DNA of 64,000 nt from Camelus ferus (lineage: Eukaryota), in contig NC_045697.1 of NCBI RefSeq assembly GCF_009834535.1, positions 11,782,001 through 11,846,000 on the forward strand, given 5' to 3'. The notes under the pieces are model-generated. The model was not told the DNA's origin, did not search any database, and saw nothing but the letters and a program-made list of their open reading frames with translations. Within the stretch, counting starts at the first letter, position 1. Each line of letters begins with the position of its first letter. Both the position numbers and the translations under genes were made by a program. Below are positions 24,678 to 37,920 of the stretch, in pieces.

Positions 24678-27600
24678 CTAGAACAAAGAAGAGACGCTTT
24701 ACATGTTAAAGCAAAAATCTGGACACATTCTTATATTCACATTAATGGTGGGATGGGGGGACAACAGCAGCTGTGAAAGAGCCATGAAGGCATCGTGGAC
24801 ACGTTCCAAGGTCCCCGATGACCTCAGGACTTCACTCGTTCTAATTCCTGAGTGGCCGGATTTGACAAGATTTTCATTTCTCCATTTTTCTGCACTGTTG
24901 GAATCCTTTGTAACACAGGGGTATGATTTTATGTGATTAAAAAAAGATTTTAATTACTTCATTCTGGGAGATGAACATGGACATAATACTTTATACTTTG
25001 CTGTATTCCTTCACAGAAATTTTAAAAGAAAGAGAAGACATTAATTCGTTTTAACAAACATTTATGGAGAACCCACGGCCATGCCAAGCAATGGAAAAAG
25101 ATGTAAAAACACAGATTATTACAATAAAATACGTCCAGTGCCAGAATGGGGCATTTAATGACCAACTCTGTGTGGGGAGGGCCTAGGGGAGTCCGGAAGA
25201 CCTCTAGGAAGACAGGAATGAAAACGGGCACACCGAAGTCACAAAGTTTAACAAGGAGCTGATCATTTTTAAAATAGGAACTCTTGGTGTTGAGTATACC
25301 AGCCCCTTTCACAAGCCCCAGGTGGGACTTTGGACCCCGTCATTGGAAAATTCCGGGCTCTTCTTTAGTGCCGCTCTGTACCCTGCTAGACCAGAGCTGA
25401 TGCTCAGCTGCCCAGGCATTCGAGCTCCCACTCTGGGGGTTGAACAAGTGAAGGGAAGTCACACAGGCTCAAAAATCACAGTGCTGCTACAACTCCCTGG
25501 CATACCGTCGCATGTCATGACCCCATCTCTGGGGGCAGAGCTCAGGGCACGGCCCTGAAAGAGACCAGTCACGGCCAGATGTGCAGAGACGCCCACGTCA
25601 CTCATGCAGGTTACCTGTGGTCCGACTTCTTGCTCCCCCTCGGCACCATCTGGGGTGGGTAGGAGGGAACGCCATGCTAACCATGGATAGCCAAGAAGGT
25701 AACATGCTCACAGACATGTCAAAACGTGCTTGACGCCAACTTGTCACATGAGTTTTCAAATACCACAAACAGGGGCCAGGGTACAGCTCAGTGGTAGAGT
25801 GTATGCTTAGCATGCATGAGATCCTGGGTTCAATCCCCAGTACCTCCATTAAAATAGATAAACCTAATTACCACCCCCCAAAGCAAAACAAAAACAAAAA
25901 ATTAATTTAATATAATTTTTTTAAAAAATCAAATATCACAATGGGTGAGCACGATTTCTGGGACAAAAGATGGCTGTTTCCAGTTCTCCCTCTTAAGGTC
26001 TGTGCTCTGCACTGATTCAGACACGTGACCTTGGATGTTCTGTCTGGAACCTAGGTCCTGGGTCAACACCTCTGTCAAGGGTTGCTGGGAGTAGTGGCCT
26101 TTAAAGAGAAACTCAAATGCAAACACGACTCAAGCCTGGTTTCTTCCGCAACTTCAGTTTTTTGGGTTTTGGTTTTTGGGGTTTTTTTGCAAATCCAGCA
26201 TTAAGCATGATACCCAGCATAGAGAGACAGTGGTAAAGGCCGAGGATCCTGCAGCCACACTGCCTGGGTCAGATGCTGGCTCTGCTCTGTGACCTTGGGC
26301 AAGTCGCAGAGGCCCGAGCTCCCCATCCTCGGGCCTTAAATAAAGATGACGGCCCCTCCCTCACTGACCTGCTACCAGCCTTTAATAAGATCACTGCAGT
26401 GCTTAAATTGGTGCCTGGCACATAAAAAGTGCTACCTAAGTACATGCTCCAAACGTAACAGTCCCAAGTATCTCCCAATTTCATTTAAATAAAATGTAAC
26501 CTCAGGCCAGAAGCGCATGCCCAGATTTACAAGCATCCCATACAAACGGCCGAGGCGGCAGCTCACCTAATGGCTCTGCTGGGTGAGGTCGCTCCTGCTC
26601 CATGAGGGCAGGGCCTGCAGCTCGTCCACCATCATCCCCAGGCCCGGCACAGCACCCGGCCCGAGCAGGTGCTCAGTGAATACGTGCTTAATACCCCCTT
26701 AAATAGAGGGGTGTGGGGACCTGAGATCTACACAAACAAGAACTGGAAAGCTCCCTCTCTCCATGACCTTCCAATGCTGCTCACATTCACGAATGGCTGA
26801 ATATGATTTGAGGGACAAAGGATGCTTTCTGTGAGTCTGTGGCTGGGTACTAATTCAGACTCGTGGGCCCAGATGGTCCACCAAGATCAGTGGCTGACTC
26901 CTTTGACAGGAGCTCAGCTAACCAAGTACCTCTGTGGCTCAGACACTGTGCCAAGTGCTCGGCACACCCACACTTCTCACCCCCCAACAATGATCACGGA
27001 CCCCCATTATACAGACAGGGAAGCTGAGGCCTAGCACAGTTCAACAACCGCTCAGACTGGCCAGCTGGTGAGTGGGGAGACAAGATTCATCTCGGCGCTC
27101 TCAACCCCTCCATCCTGTGACATCCACACTGAGGGGTGTGATACCCTCAGAGGCCAGGACCTCACGAGACCCCCAGGGTTGATATGGCAGGGGGAGCGTC
27201 TCGTGAGGAAGAACATGGGCCTGTCCTCTCACCCACAAGAGGCAGAGAATGGGGGCTGGAAGCTGCGTAGTCACTGAGTGACCGCGGTACTCACTCAACT
27301 AGGAATTCTAAGGGCGTCCAGGAGCTGAAGTCGGCCTTGGGCATTGATTTCCTGTTCATCGGCGTATCCAGGGTAACCCTGCAGAGCACAGAGATAAGCA
27401 TGTCACGTGTGCCTCCCCCTTAGAACAACAGCTGCCCTGTCCTCCTCGGCCAGGAAAGAGCACCGTGAGCCGCTGGCTCCAAGGGTGGCGGCACCGCCCT
27501 GGAGAGATCACATGAAGACAGTCAGAGAGGCCAGGAAGCCATCCATGTTCACAGAGCTCACGTCCCAGCCAAACTCTGCCAGGGGCTCACCCTTCAGTCA

Positions 27601-30600
27601 GACAGGAATAAAATCAAAGAGCTATGTTTTGCCTTTTTCTAAAATAAGAGTTTTACTAAAGTAAACTGCTTGCTGTTTACATCTCCATTCACTCCCTAAA
27701 ATGTGGCAGACTCATTTCTCAGGATTTTTAAGTGTCATAATAATATGCCTTTAAAAATGAGAAAAATAGACTCATCCTTCATTTAGTGGCCATTTTCCAT
27801 GAACTCTTAGAAATTCTTGGCAAAAGAACATAGACTTCAGATATGTATGACTTTGGCAAGAATGTTCGGGCCTCGGAAATCTTTCAAAAGAGTCGTGGGA
27901 CCAGACCACAGAATCACAGAAGCTCACAAATGACAGGGAAGTGGACAGGCCTGTCCCCCAGCAGACCCAACATCTACTTTACAGGACCACAGCCAAGAGA
28001 TAAGCCATTTGGTGCTGGGATCTTTCCAGTTAGAAGGGACTCTCTCCCTCCAAAGCAGCTGCCTGGCCTGGGACAGCTGACTGAGGCCTCCTTCCTCGTC
28101 ACAGACAGAAGCATCTCCCACTGTTTCCCCATCTCTCCCCGAAACTCCCCGCTCCCTAGCCCCCCGACACACATCTTGACCTCTCTTCCATCTTGCCCTG
28201 ATAATGACTTGAAAGACAGAAATACAAATATTAAAATTAAATGCATATAGGCTATTTTAAATAGGAGGGAGGGAGGGACAGAAGGAGGGAATGAAAGGAA
28301 AGAAGAAAGGCAGGAGAGACAGACCTGTCCCATCAGCCAGGCCACCATTCTGGAAAGCCCAGGATAATCCAAAACGTGGGTAAGGATCTTCAGGACCGTC
28401 AGTGAGTTTCAGAAGCCGAGGCGACAGCACACCCACGTCCCCGGTGGAGAGTGACCCTGGGACAAATGTGCACTCCCGGCAGCGGGGCAGAGGAGGGTCC
28501 CAGCCACTTACGGGAGCACGGCGATGGCGGCAGAGCCGGCGGGCATGCCGCTGTCCTTCCCGGCCAGGCTCCGGCAGAGCTGATGAACCGCGCCCTTGGC
28601 CATGCCGTAGCCAATCATCCCTGGGAAACGGGGAGAAAACATTTCAGTGACCACCGGCCGCCACCGCTATATCCAGAGAACGCCATGCCAGGGTCCAGAG
28701 GAGGCCGGGAAAAGAGAACCAGGACACCTACGGAGAGAAAGGGGGAGGCACGGAACGTTTCCAGTGCACCTTCTATTCGCCTGGTGCTTGACATTTATCA
28801 CAGAAGCCTTGAGGTTAATCCTACATTTATTGCTAAGAAAACCAAGGCTCGGTCAGAGGGGGTGAGTCACGAGCCCAGGCTCACACGCAGACTTGCACCG
28901 AGGCCAACGGAGAGGTTAAAAGCCAAGCAAGAGCCAGGTTCTGAGATGCAGCATCAGTAACAACTTGTGAGAACCGGGCACACGGGGCGCCCAGTGTACT
29001 GACAAAACCGAGCGGTCATTTGAAGCATGGGCTTTAGAGTCAGGCTGCACAGGTTCAAACCACAGCTCTTCCACTCACCACTTGCCAACCGTGGGCAAGT
29101 GCTCAAAAACCTTACTAAGCCTCAGTTATCCCATCTGTAAAATGGGGATGAAGCACTTAAATCTAGGCTCAGGACAGGGTAGGCAGTCAATAAATGTTCC
29201 CCATCATATTAACAGAAGTACTGTGCCCTGGAGTCCAACTTCCTGTTTAAAGTGTACTACTTGAGCAACTGTGACATGGACACACACTACCTATTAGTCT
29301 TCCTTTCCTCCCACTAGTCAGTGAATGTTTGCTGATTGAAGCAAGGCATGCCTGTAATTAGGAGAGGTTTGCATCTGCCCCAGACACGTGGCAGGCAAGA
29401 TTTCTCTCTCTCTGAAGTCCCCTGTGACACCTAGCTGTAGATACAGCGAACACAGCTATCCCAGCAACAGAGGACGGTTAATTGCTGTAAACACCCTTCT
29501 GCCTTCAGAAAACCACGACTTCTTCCAGAGGGCAGCAGCCCCCTTAAAAACCCCAGCAGGCTTGCTGTTTAAAGTGTAACAACATCAAAGGTCCAGGGGG
29601 AGGCAGGGACCACAGCCCAGCCAAGGAACCAATCACTGACCCACTTCAACAGCAGCCTCAAACTGCAGGAGGGTCAAGGTCGCAAAAAGTTATTTAAGCA
29701 CAGGAAGAATATTTCACCACACCTGGCTTCTCTGTTTAATCAGAGGCAGGAGGCCAACAGTGGCATGAAGACGTCACAAACTCTGCAGTGATTAAAATAA
29801 ACTGGTGAATCTCATTCGTCCGGCCTGGTCCCCAGCAAACTCCCAGGACTCTGCCTTCATTCCATTCAAACAGCATGAGAGCAGGGAATCAGATGAAGAA
29901 AGAAACAAGCAACCAGCAGCCCTAAGGGTTTAATTTCACAGAATTCTACACAAAGCAGGTACAGGATCGTTCGTAAGACATGAAAAATATATATTAAGAA
30001 GATAAATACTGTCTCCCCAATTATAAATGATCAATGGGATCCCAAAAGACCAATGTCCAAACACAGAACAGATCCTTAAATGGTAACGAAAGTGATGACC
30101 ATCATTTTGATACAGTTTATCCTCCAGTGAACAGTCTACAACCTTGGAAATAAAAAGGTAGAGGTTTTGTCAGTGTCTTTCCAAGTGAAAAACTTCTCAT
30201 TTCTGAAAAACTCTTCTTGGGTTTGAAGGACAAATAAGCCTGCTTATCACCTGCTTTCATAGACTTCCCCAGATTTTTCTGGGATCTGAATCAAAATTAA
30301 AATATTTCATGACTCAAGTAAGTTTAACAACACCTAACTAAAGAGCTAAAAGATGAACCAACTTACTAATACCTGAAGCAGGTGTAGCTGGGCAAAAGTA
30401 AGCCTGGAGTAAATAATAATAATAGTTCACATTTACTACTGATTCTCTGTAATACCTTTCCTAAACCATTTACACCCATTACGATGTTTACAAGTCACAA
30501 CCACCATATGAAGGAGATATTACCATTTATCCTCATTTTACAGATAACAAAACTAAGGCTCAGAGAGGTTAAGTAACTTGCCAAATATTGCACAGCAACT

Positions 30601-33600
30601 AAATGGCAAAATCACAATTCAAAACCAACCTGTGTAGTTCCAGATCCTACAGTCTTAACCAGTATCTGCAATTATAAATAATGATATTTACAAACAAAGG
30701 CAAGTAGGAGACTGTTTGGTCCTTTAGAAAAATTAGTCTTTCAGTCCTAGGATTTTCTTTTTTAAATGTCAAGCTATTACTCATTTCTCTATTTACTCTA
30801 TCTAGTGCCTCTGCTCTGTGTCACCTTTAATAAAAATCAGATCTCAACTACCATCTAACATTTACACAGCTTTAATTACTGCAATAGCTGTGGACTTGTA
30901 AGATCACATGCTCTGGGAAACACAGTAAGAAAATGAATGGCAAGAAATTATTCATCTGTAAGAGCCTTACAGCTCAGCTGGTTACATTAAAATTGAAAAG
31001 GTGCTCAAAGTTTCCACCACTTACTCAAGAGGTCCAAAAGAACTATTTTTTTTTTAAAGAAGAGTTTAATTTAGGTAGTGGAAGAAAATAGTTTCCGCCT
31101 CCCTCTGCTAACTCCCCAACCGCCTGCTTAAATTCCTTTACCCCCATTCCAAAGGGAGTGTTACCGGTTGAACTGTGTCCCCCCATATTCAGATGTTGAA
31201 GTTCCAACCCCCCGTCCCTCAGAATGTGACTATAGTTAGTGATGATGGATCTTTAAGAGGTAATTAAGTTAAAATAAGGTCATAGGGGTGGGACCTGATC
31301 CAATATGACTGGTGTCCTTATAAGAAGAGGAGATGAGGACACAGACCCACACAGAGGGAAGACCATGCGAAGTCACGGTAAAGACCACCCACAAGCCAAG
31401 AAGAGAGGCCTCAGGAGAAACCAAATCTGCTGACCTGGCCCCCAGCGGCAGACTTCCAGCCTCCAGAACTGTTGAGTAAATACATTTCTGTTGCTTATGC
31501 CACCCAGGCTGCAGTCCTTTGTCATGGCAGCCCCAGCAAACTAACACAGGGAGTGAAAAATGCAAAGGGAACTTGGATCTCCGCATGATGTAATGGAAAA
31601 CAGCATGAAATTTGGAAATGATCAGGGTTTCAATTTAAAGTAAGTTTACAACTTATTTATTGCATAACCCAAATAACTTCTCTAAGTTCTAGTTTCCTTC
31701 TCTATAAAACGAAAAAAAATAATAATGACATCTAGCCCAGGGTTAAATAAGAATATATGTGAAATGAAAAGAGTGAATATAATTAGACTTTCCATGTGCT
31801 GGGTACCTGATACCTATCAACGCCTCTAAGGCCTTACAGCTACTCTTCAAGGTAGAAGTTACTGTCACTATATTACAATTCAGGAAGCTACAGCAGAAAT
31901 TTGGTCAAAGAGAATAATTTGTCCAAGGCCACACAGCTAGCGTGACGAATCCACTCCCAGCCTCTCTGGTTCTACAGCTGACACACTGTTTCCAGCAGCC
32001 AAGCCACTTCCTTGAGATACACGAACACAACGTGATGGGAATAATTCGTGCTTATCAACTAGTTAAAATCTACGTGACATCATTCACTCCCTGGGCGGAT
32101 CACAGATAAATGAACCAGATTAGGGGGAACCAGATCCCAGCAGTCATGACCACGGTGAACACGAGGACAGTGTAAATGAAAGGGTCAGGAGTTCTTCCCC
32201 TAAAAAGAGTCAGGCCTAAAAGGAAGCAAAATCCCCCACAGCTGTCCAGCACCTTAGCGGGTAAAGGGCTGTAACATTCCTCATCTCACAGAAGTGCCCA
32301 GAAGCCCCGGCGAGCGAGTGTGGGCATCCCCATTTCACGGACGGGCAAATGAAGGCTTACCAGGAGTCCCGTCCAGGGCGGCCTTGGCCCCGGTCAAGGT
32401 GAGGAGGCCTCCTTCCTTGAGGTGCTTGGTGGCCAGGTGGCTGGAGATGGTGGACGTCCACATGCTCTGCTTCCACATCAGGTCACAGTTTTTAAAGAGA
32501 GCTGAGCGAAGAGACATGTGAGGTTAGCAGCTGGAGGGAAGAAACTGAAAGGCGGGCTCAACTCATGGCGCCTGACACTCCAGGAGACTCTCGTGGCCAG
32601 TGTGTGTGTGTGTGTGTGTGCGTGCGTGCGTGTGTCTGTGTGTGTGTGTGCGCGTGCGTGCGTGTGCGCGTGCGTGCGTGTGTCTGTGTGTGTGTGTGTG
32701 TGGGGTGTGTGTGTGTGGTGTGTGTGTGGGGGGGGGTGTGGGGTGTGTGTGTGTGGTGTGTGTGGGGGATGTGTGGGGGGGGTGTTTGTGGTGTGTGTGT
32801 GGGGGGTGTGTGTGTGTGTGTCTGTGTGTGTGTGTGTGTGTGTCTCTACCATGAGCTCTAATACACACAGCCTGGGGCTTGTGGTCAGAGAGACACAGGT
32901 CCAAATCCAGGCCACATGGTCACCAGTCTCACCTGTAAACTGGTCAAAAGTCAGCCTGTAAATGAGGACCATTGACAGATATGCAGGCCTGGCTTCCATT
33001 CAAATGCTGGCCTCCTTCATAAAGGGCGTCAGGTCTTTAACAACAACCTATATGTCCAAGTCAGGTTTTACCCGTGATAAAAATCTGAGGGACTAGTGAC
33101 ATCTGCTCATTAAGAGGGGTTTTATGGAGACTACATTTTTTACGGCTGAAGGTTTAATGCCAGTTTTAAAGACTCTTTAAAAGAAAGCTGAAATAACAAC
33201 CATTTCACATTTGTTTTAACCCTCTGGCCTTGCCACAGACGTGAGGAGGGACAACTGGTAACAGATATCACATCCCCAGCTGAACGCCTGTCCCCTTCCT
33301 CCCTCACAGGGGACACAGAACCCAGTGAAGCTGCTCCCCTGACCCAGAGAGGAAGCCCTCCTGAAACAGGAGGAGGGGTCTCCAGTAGGTCTCAACCTAG
33401 GTACTGCATATCCCCACTAAGAAGAACTGGAAAAAAATGGGTGGACCCACATTGAAGCAAGTCTCTAGCCCTAAATTCCAGTTCACAGGAAATCTCAGGG
33501 ACGAGATTCAAAGACTAAAAACAACACCAAAATGCAGTATATAAACCCTGAATAGACTCAATCTAGGGAAAACTATGAAAGATATGGAATAAATTGGGGT

Positions 33601-36600
33601 GATTGGAATACAGGCTGATATTCTTAATCTTCCAGAATTATTGTTCATTTTCTTAGGCATGAGAATGGTATTACAATAATGTAGGAGATCGGCTTAATCT
33701 TCAGAGATGCATGTTGAAATACAGTGAGGTGTCAAATTACTCTCAAATCATTAACAAAGAAATACACACACAGGGGACACACATGCAGGAAAGCAAGTGA
33801 GTGAAGTATGGCCCGTGTGAACAAGTGTTAAGTCTGGATGGAGGGCGTAAAGGGGGTTCACTGAACCGTTCTTTCAACTTTGCTATATATTTGAAAATGT
33901 TCATAATAAGAAATAGGAAATATACTCAGCTTTAACAAAAGCTCAATTCTGAGTCCTTCTGATCTTTTGAATAATCTGTCCATCCCATATACATCCCCCA
34001 ACTCCCAGTAATAACCCCTAACAGACTGGGGTGGGGACAATGCACATTTCATCCTGTCTCTTCTTTAAACTTCAATCTCAAGGACCCTCTGCCCCCACCC
34101 CCTCTACAGGAAGCTTTTTCTTCATGGGTAAAATGGGGTGCTGATCCCTACCTCACAGCTACTGTGGGAGAAAGACTCTGGGGGAAGCCACCTGGCCTGG
34201 CACACAGTACAGACCCAATCCACGCAGCTGGACACAGAGCAGAGCACATGAATGATTAACTCAGAAAAGGACTCACACTTGGACTTGGCACTGCCCCCAG
34301 CCCATCCTCCAGCCACACAAAGGATTGCATCCACCTTCTCAGCACCCAAGAGCTGTCCGATGTCAGCAGTCACCTGACACAAAGGGGCAGAAAGATACAC
34401 AAACTGTCAGATAAACCTGAACAGGCTGACATCTTTACAGACCCTTCTATTTATTTTTCCCCTCTTTTTCAGTCAGTTTATGGTACCAGGCAGTTAACTT
34501 TGAAAATCGGATGCAAGACCAATCTATAATGAGCATTTTGGATAGTGAAGCCCAACTACATTTCAGTGTGATTCTGATAAAGCAATCTAGCCATCTCGTC
34601 TTCTTTTGAACATTCTAAAGGGTGGAGACATAAGCATCCCTGGAATAGAACAATGAGTAAAGAAAAGTAGGAAAAGGTTAAAAAAAAATCACCTAGAGCT
34701 TCACTGCCTACAGCTAACCTTCTGGTATCTTTCCGGACTTTCTTTGCAAATCACAGAATCATAATCAGAGATAATCAATTCTACCCTCCCCCCAATAAAA
34801 ACATCCCATTAACTGAAAATCCAAAAGAAAAAGCCAAAGAGAAAAAAGTATCCTAAATAAAGAGCAAAAATGGAGACAAAGCTGTTCACCACCGTATTCT
34901 TGATAATGGTTAAAAAAGAAAGAAAGAAAAACTGTATAAAACTTAAATGTACAGTAAGAGCAAACTAAAGAAATCGTGACCAATCCATATAAAGAAAAAT
35001 TACATGTTGACACAGAGGGTTTTTTCAGTGATCTGAAGTATTTAAGTTAAATGTTAAAAAAAATTTATCTCAATCTGTAAAATTAATAACATACAGTATG
35101 CATAGGAAAGCTAAGAAAATGGGCCAAAATGTGAACTAATGAGCTAACTAACTAGACATGGAGTATGGGTTATTTATCTTCTTTTTTTTTTTTTTTCTTT
35201 TCACTTTTTCTAAATTTCCCTCCATGAGCACAAATGTCTTCGATAATTAGAGAAACAATACCTGAAAAAAAACGAAGGACACACAGCCAATGGGAAGCTT
35301 TCCCCAGGGTCCCCCACCCCATGCACAGTGGGGCCTCCTCTGGAATTACCTGGTCAGCCTGCTCCGTAAACGAGTCTGTCATTTTAACGAGGACATTGGC
35401 ACTGGCTTCCTCATTCTCCACCAGGTCAATGCTGGCGACCCACTGGAGGAAAACAGAAAACAGCTTGGGTCAAGGGACAGTCTGTTGTTACTCCTTTAAA
35501 GATCCATGCCCAGAGATAGGGGCAGAGGAGACAGGAAAGAGGCTTACAGGAAAACCCACCAGAGACAGGATCTAGCAACCGACCTTCACACTCCTTCCAG
35601 GGCATTCGGCTTCACCCCTTACTAAGCCCCAGGCCAGCCCCTTCTGCCTCCAAATACCTCTTCCTCATCCACTCTCACATCTGAGAGCAAAACTCTGCAC
35701 TTGGTGAGATCCCCCCTCACCAGGGGTCTGAAAACTTTTTCCATAAAGGGCTAGAGAGTAAGTATTTTAGGCTTTACTGGCCATATGGTCCCTTGCAACC
35801 ACTCACCTCTGCTATGGCAGCCAGAGAGCAGCCACGGACAGCGCTGAACGAATGAGCAGGGCTGTGTGCCCATTAAACTTCAGACGCTGAATTATGAATG
35901 TCATACAATGTTCACATGTCACAAAATGGCTACTCCTCTTTTGATTTCTTTTCAACCATTTAAAAATAGGAAATCAGGGGGAGGGTATAGCTCAGTGGTA
36001 GACTGAGTGCTTAGTATGCACGAGGTGTTGGGTTCAATCCCCAGTACCTCCATTAAATAAATAAATAACCTAATTACTTTCCACCCAAAACAAAAATAAA
36101 TAAATAAATAAAAATGGGAAGTCATTCTTAGCTCTTGGACTGTACAAAAACAGGTGCCAGGCAGGATACCAGGCTTTGAAGAACACTCACTACTTCCCTG
36201 CACAGCCATGGGGGATACCGAGACAAAGGAAAGGTTCAATCCCCGCCCTCCCAGAGCTCCCAGGAATGCAGGGCGTCAAAGGTAAATCAGCTGGTCAGGT
36301 TCACTCAGGTCAAAAGGAACCCACAGTGCCCCCACCGAGGGGGGGGGGGCACAGCCCTCGCATCTGTAACGCGGGGATTCGGGAGCGCTGTATTAAAGGT
36401 ACTGGAAAGAGTAAGAGAAACTCAAGAGTACACAGGGGTGCCGGTACGTAAAAGCACAGTGCCTAGACCTTGGCTAGCGGTCCTTAACTGTTCCCACTGT
36501 CATCACCATCCACCTCTGCAGACCTGGGAAGACACCCCAAATCCAGTCTTCCTCGGGTTCCGAGCAGACAACTGGGGGAAAGGTGGTGTGTTTAGAACCC

Positions 36601-37665
36601 ACAGAAACATTCCTACATCCGATTGTGAGTGAGAGGAATACCCTGGGTCCCTTTCTCTCTGGTCCCGGCGCACTCTCGCTCAGGCTGCTCCTGCTACTAA
36701 GTAACCACCGCCCCCACCCACCCAAGGAAAGGTCCCTAGAGCTGCAGCCGAGTATCTGCGCAACAGACACCTGCAGCGAGAAGACACCGGGCGGAGTCTC
36801 CGCCGGGAACGCGCTGGGCCTTGCAGGGCGGCTGGGGTCAGGGCTCAGTACTGCAACAGCTCCCACCCACTTGCCGTCTTCAGGAAGCGGATGGCTGATT
36901 ATGCAAAGTAGTCAAAACAGCCTTTGTAAAACAAAGAAGCCACCAGCATTTGCGGGGCTGAGGCTTCAAAGTATCAGGCCCGACAGCAGCTGAAGGAGCA
37001 GGGTATATATAAATATATAATCAATAATAGCTAACATTTAAACAGCATTTACCACGAGGCAGGTAATTTACAATTTAAGCGCAACAACACCAATTATCTC
37101 ACTTAATCCTCACAACTCCCATAAGGGGTAAATACTATCATTAATCCCCATTTCACAAATGAGGAAACAGGTTTGCTGACGTTAAGCAGTCAGTTCAAGT
37201 TCGTAGGACTAGGAACCCAAGTCAGTCCAGATCCTGCCTTTTGATTATCTCTTCCCGTCCCCTCAACCCCGCTCCTCTTCCTCCCCTTCTGGAATTCTCT
37301 CCCGAGTCATGCCCGACTTTCCGGGCCCGGTAGAGGCCAAGGAGCAGCCATCCTCCTGCAGAGCAAAGGCCCCGCACCTAGGGCCCGGGGTGCGCAAGTA
37401 ATTGGAGACAGAACAGACTTGTAGACCTGTGCGTGCACGTGCAGGCACCCATGTCTGGGGGTGCACAGGGGCCCCCAGCTTCCTTCCAGACTGCCCTCCG
37501 GGGCTGCACCGGAAGACCCTCTGCGCCCCAGTCACCACGGTGCCCGCCCTCAGCCCGCCGAGTTACCCAGTTGCGGGCCCGGAACGCCTGCACGCATTGG
37601 GAGCCCAGAGCGCCCCTGCCGCCGTACACCAGCACCCGGCGCGCCTCGCCCGCTGCCGCCGCCAT
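24572..37665 (-). CDS. QDPR: Quinoid dihydropteridine reductase (SDR family), full spliced CDS; 7 exons (99+93+97+141+109+84+106 = 729 nt, 242 aa)
   Basis: The joined exons give [28 protein letters not shown]...YGMAK...TELTPVGF*. It has a Rossmann glycine motif (YGGRGALG) and a YxxxK catalytic motif (YGMAK). All six introns are GT..AG and phases are consistent. Confidence 0.98.
25772..25928 (+). mobile_element. Camelid-type tRNA-derived SINE in QDPR intron 6, antisense to the gene
   Basis: A and B boxes; TSD tcaaata(c/t)cacaa at 25756-25768 and 25929-25941. Confidence 0.9.
27295..27378 (-). CDS. QDPR: QDPR exon 6 ([28 protein letters not shown])
   Basis: Acceptor ctctgcag|G, donor GA|GTGAGT, 84 nt. 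Confidence 0.97.
   Translation of the reverse strand, partial: GYPGYADEQEINAQGRLQLLDALRIPS
28512..28620 (-). CDS. QDPR: QDPR exon 5 ([37 protein letters not shown]), catalytic YxxxK
   Basis: Acceptor cgtttcccag|GG, donor CC|GTAAGT, 109 nt; translated by hand. Confidence 0.97.
31158..31548 (+). mobile_element. MLT1B-like LTR in QDPR intron 4
   Basis: tgttaccggttgaactgtgtcccccc...ggcagccccagcaaactaacaca. Confidence 0.8.
32361..32501 (-). CDS. QDPR: QDPR exon 4 ([48 protein letters not shown])
   Basis: Acceptor ttcgctcag|CT with a CTAAC branch-point-like motif about 25 nt upstream; donor G|GTAAGC; 141 nt. Confidence 0.97.
32600..32843. repeat. Compound (TG)n/(CG)/G-run microsatellite in QDPR intron 3
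   Basis: About 244 bp of TG with CGTG/CGCG units and G-runs. Confidence 0.95.
34277..34373 (-). CDS. QDPR: QDPR exon 3 ([32 protein letters not shown])
   Basis: Acceptor tttgtgtcag|GTG, donor T|GTGAGT, 97 nt. Confidence 0.97.
35350..35442 (-). CDS. QDPR: QDPR exon 2 ([31 protein letters not shown])
   Basis: Acceptor ttttcctccag|TGG, donor CAG|GTAATT, 93 nt. Confidence 0.97.
35721..36175 (+). mobile_element. MER58B-like hAT element interrupted by a SINE
   Basis: caggggtctgaaaactttttccataaaggg...caaccatttaaaaat | SINE | ...cattcttagctc...tacaaaaacaggtg. Confidence 0.75.
35977..36109 (+). mobile_element. Camelid-type tRNA-derived SINE in QDPR intron 1
   Basis: gggggagggtatagctcagtggtaga...ggttcaatccccagtacctcc; TSD aaaaat(a/g)ggaa(a/g)tca at 35962-35976 and 36110-36124. 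Confidence 0.9.
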
Positions 37666-37920
37666 CCCGCTCCTCCGGCTCGGCTCCCGCGGCTCCGAAC
37701 ACCCCGAGCCCGAACGCTGCGCCCCGCCCCGGCCCGCCCCGGCCCGCCCCGACCACCAACCCCGCCAAGAGGGACCGCGCTGGGGCCGCGCTCCCAGCCG
37801 AGCCCGCTGCTGCCGCCTAGCGTGCGACCACATTCGGCGAGCACCGCCGCGCCCCGCGCCCGGCAGCTCCACCCCAGGGGTAGGACAACACCCTCTAGTG
37901 CCCCCATATGCCACGCACTG
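37300..37920. promoter_or_regulatory. CpG island and GC-box promoter of QDPR
   Basis: Very GC- and CpG-dense and spans exon 1. Tandem Sp1-type CCCGCCC boxes at about 37722-37750; no obvious TATA box. Confidence 0.85.
37567..37665 (-). CDS. QDPR: QDPR coding exon 1 ([33 protein letters not shown])
   Basis: ATG at 37665-37663 inside a CpG island; donor TGG|GTAACT at 37566. Confidence 0.97.

Noticed and set aside
25615..25863. Possible antisense-SINE cassette exon in QDPR intron 6 (donor CAG|GTAACC at 25614)
   Set aside because: The acceptor is poor (purine-rich before the AG) and there is an early in-frame TGA; no evidence of use.
32478..32999. Long His/Thr-rich and Cys/Val-rich ORFs on both strands
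   Set aside because: They are translations of the TG/CA microsatellite.
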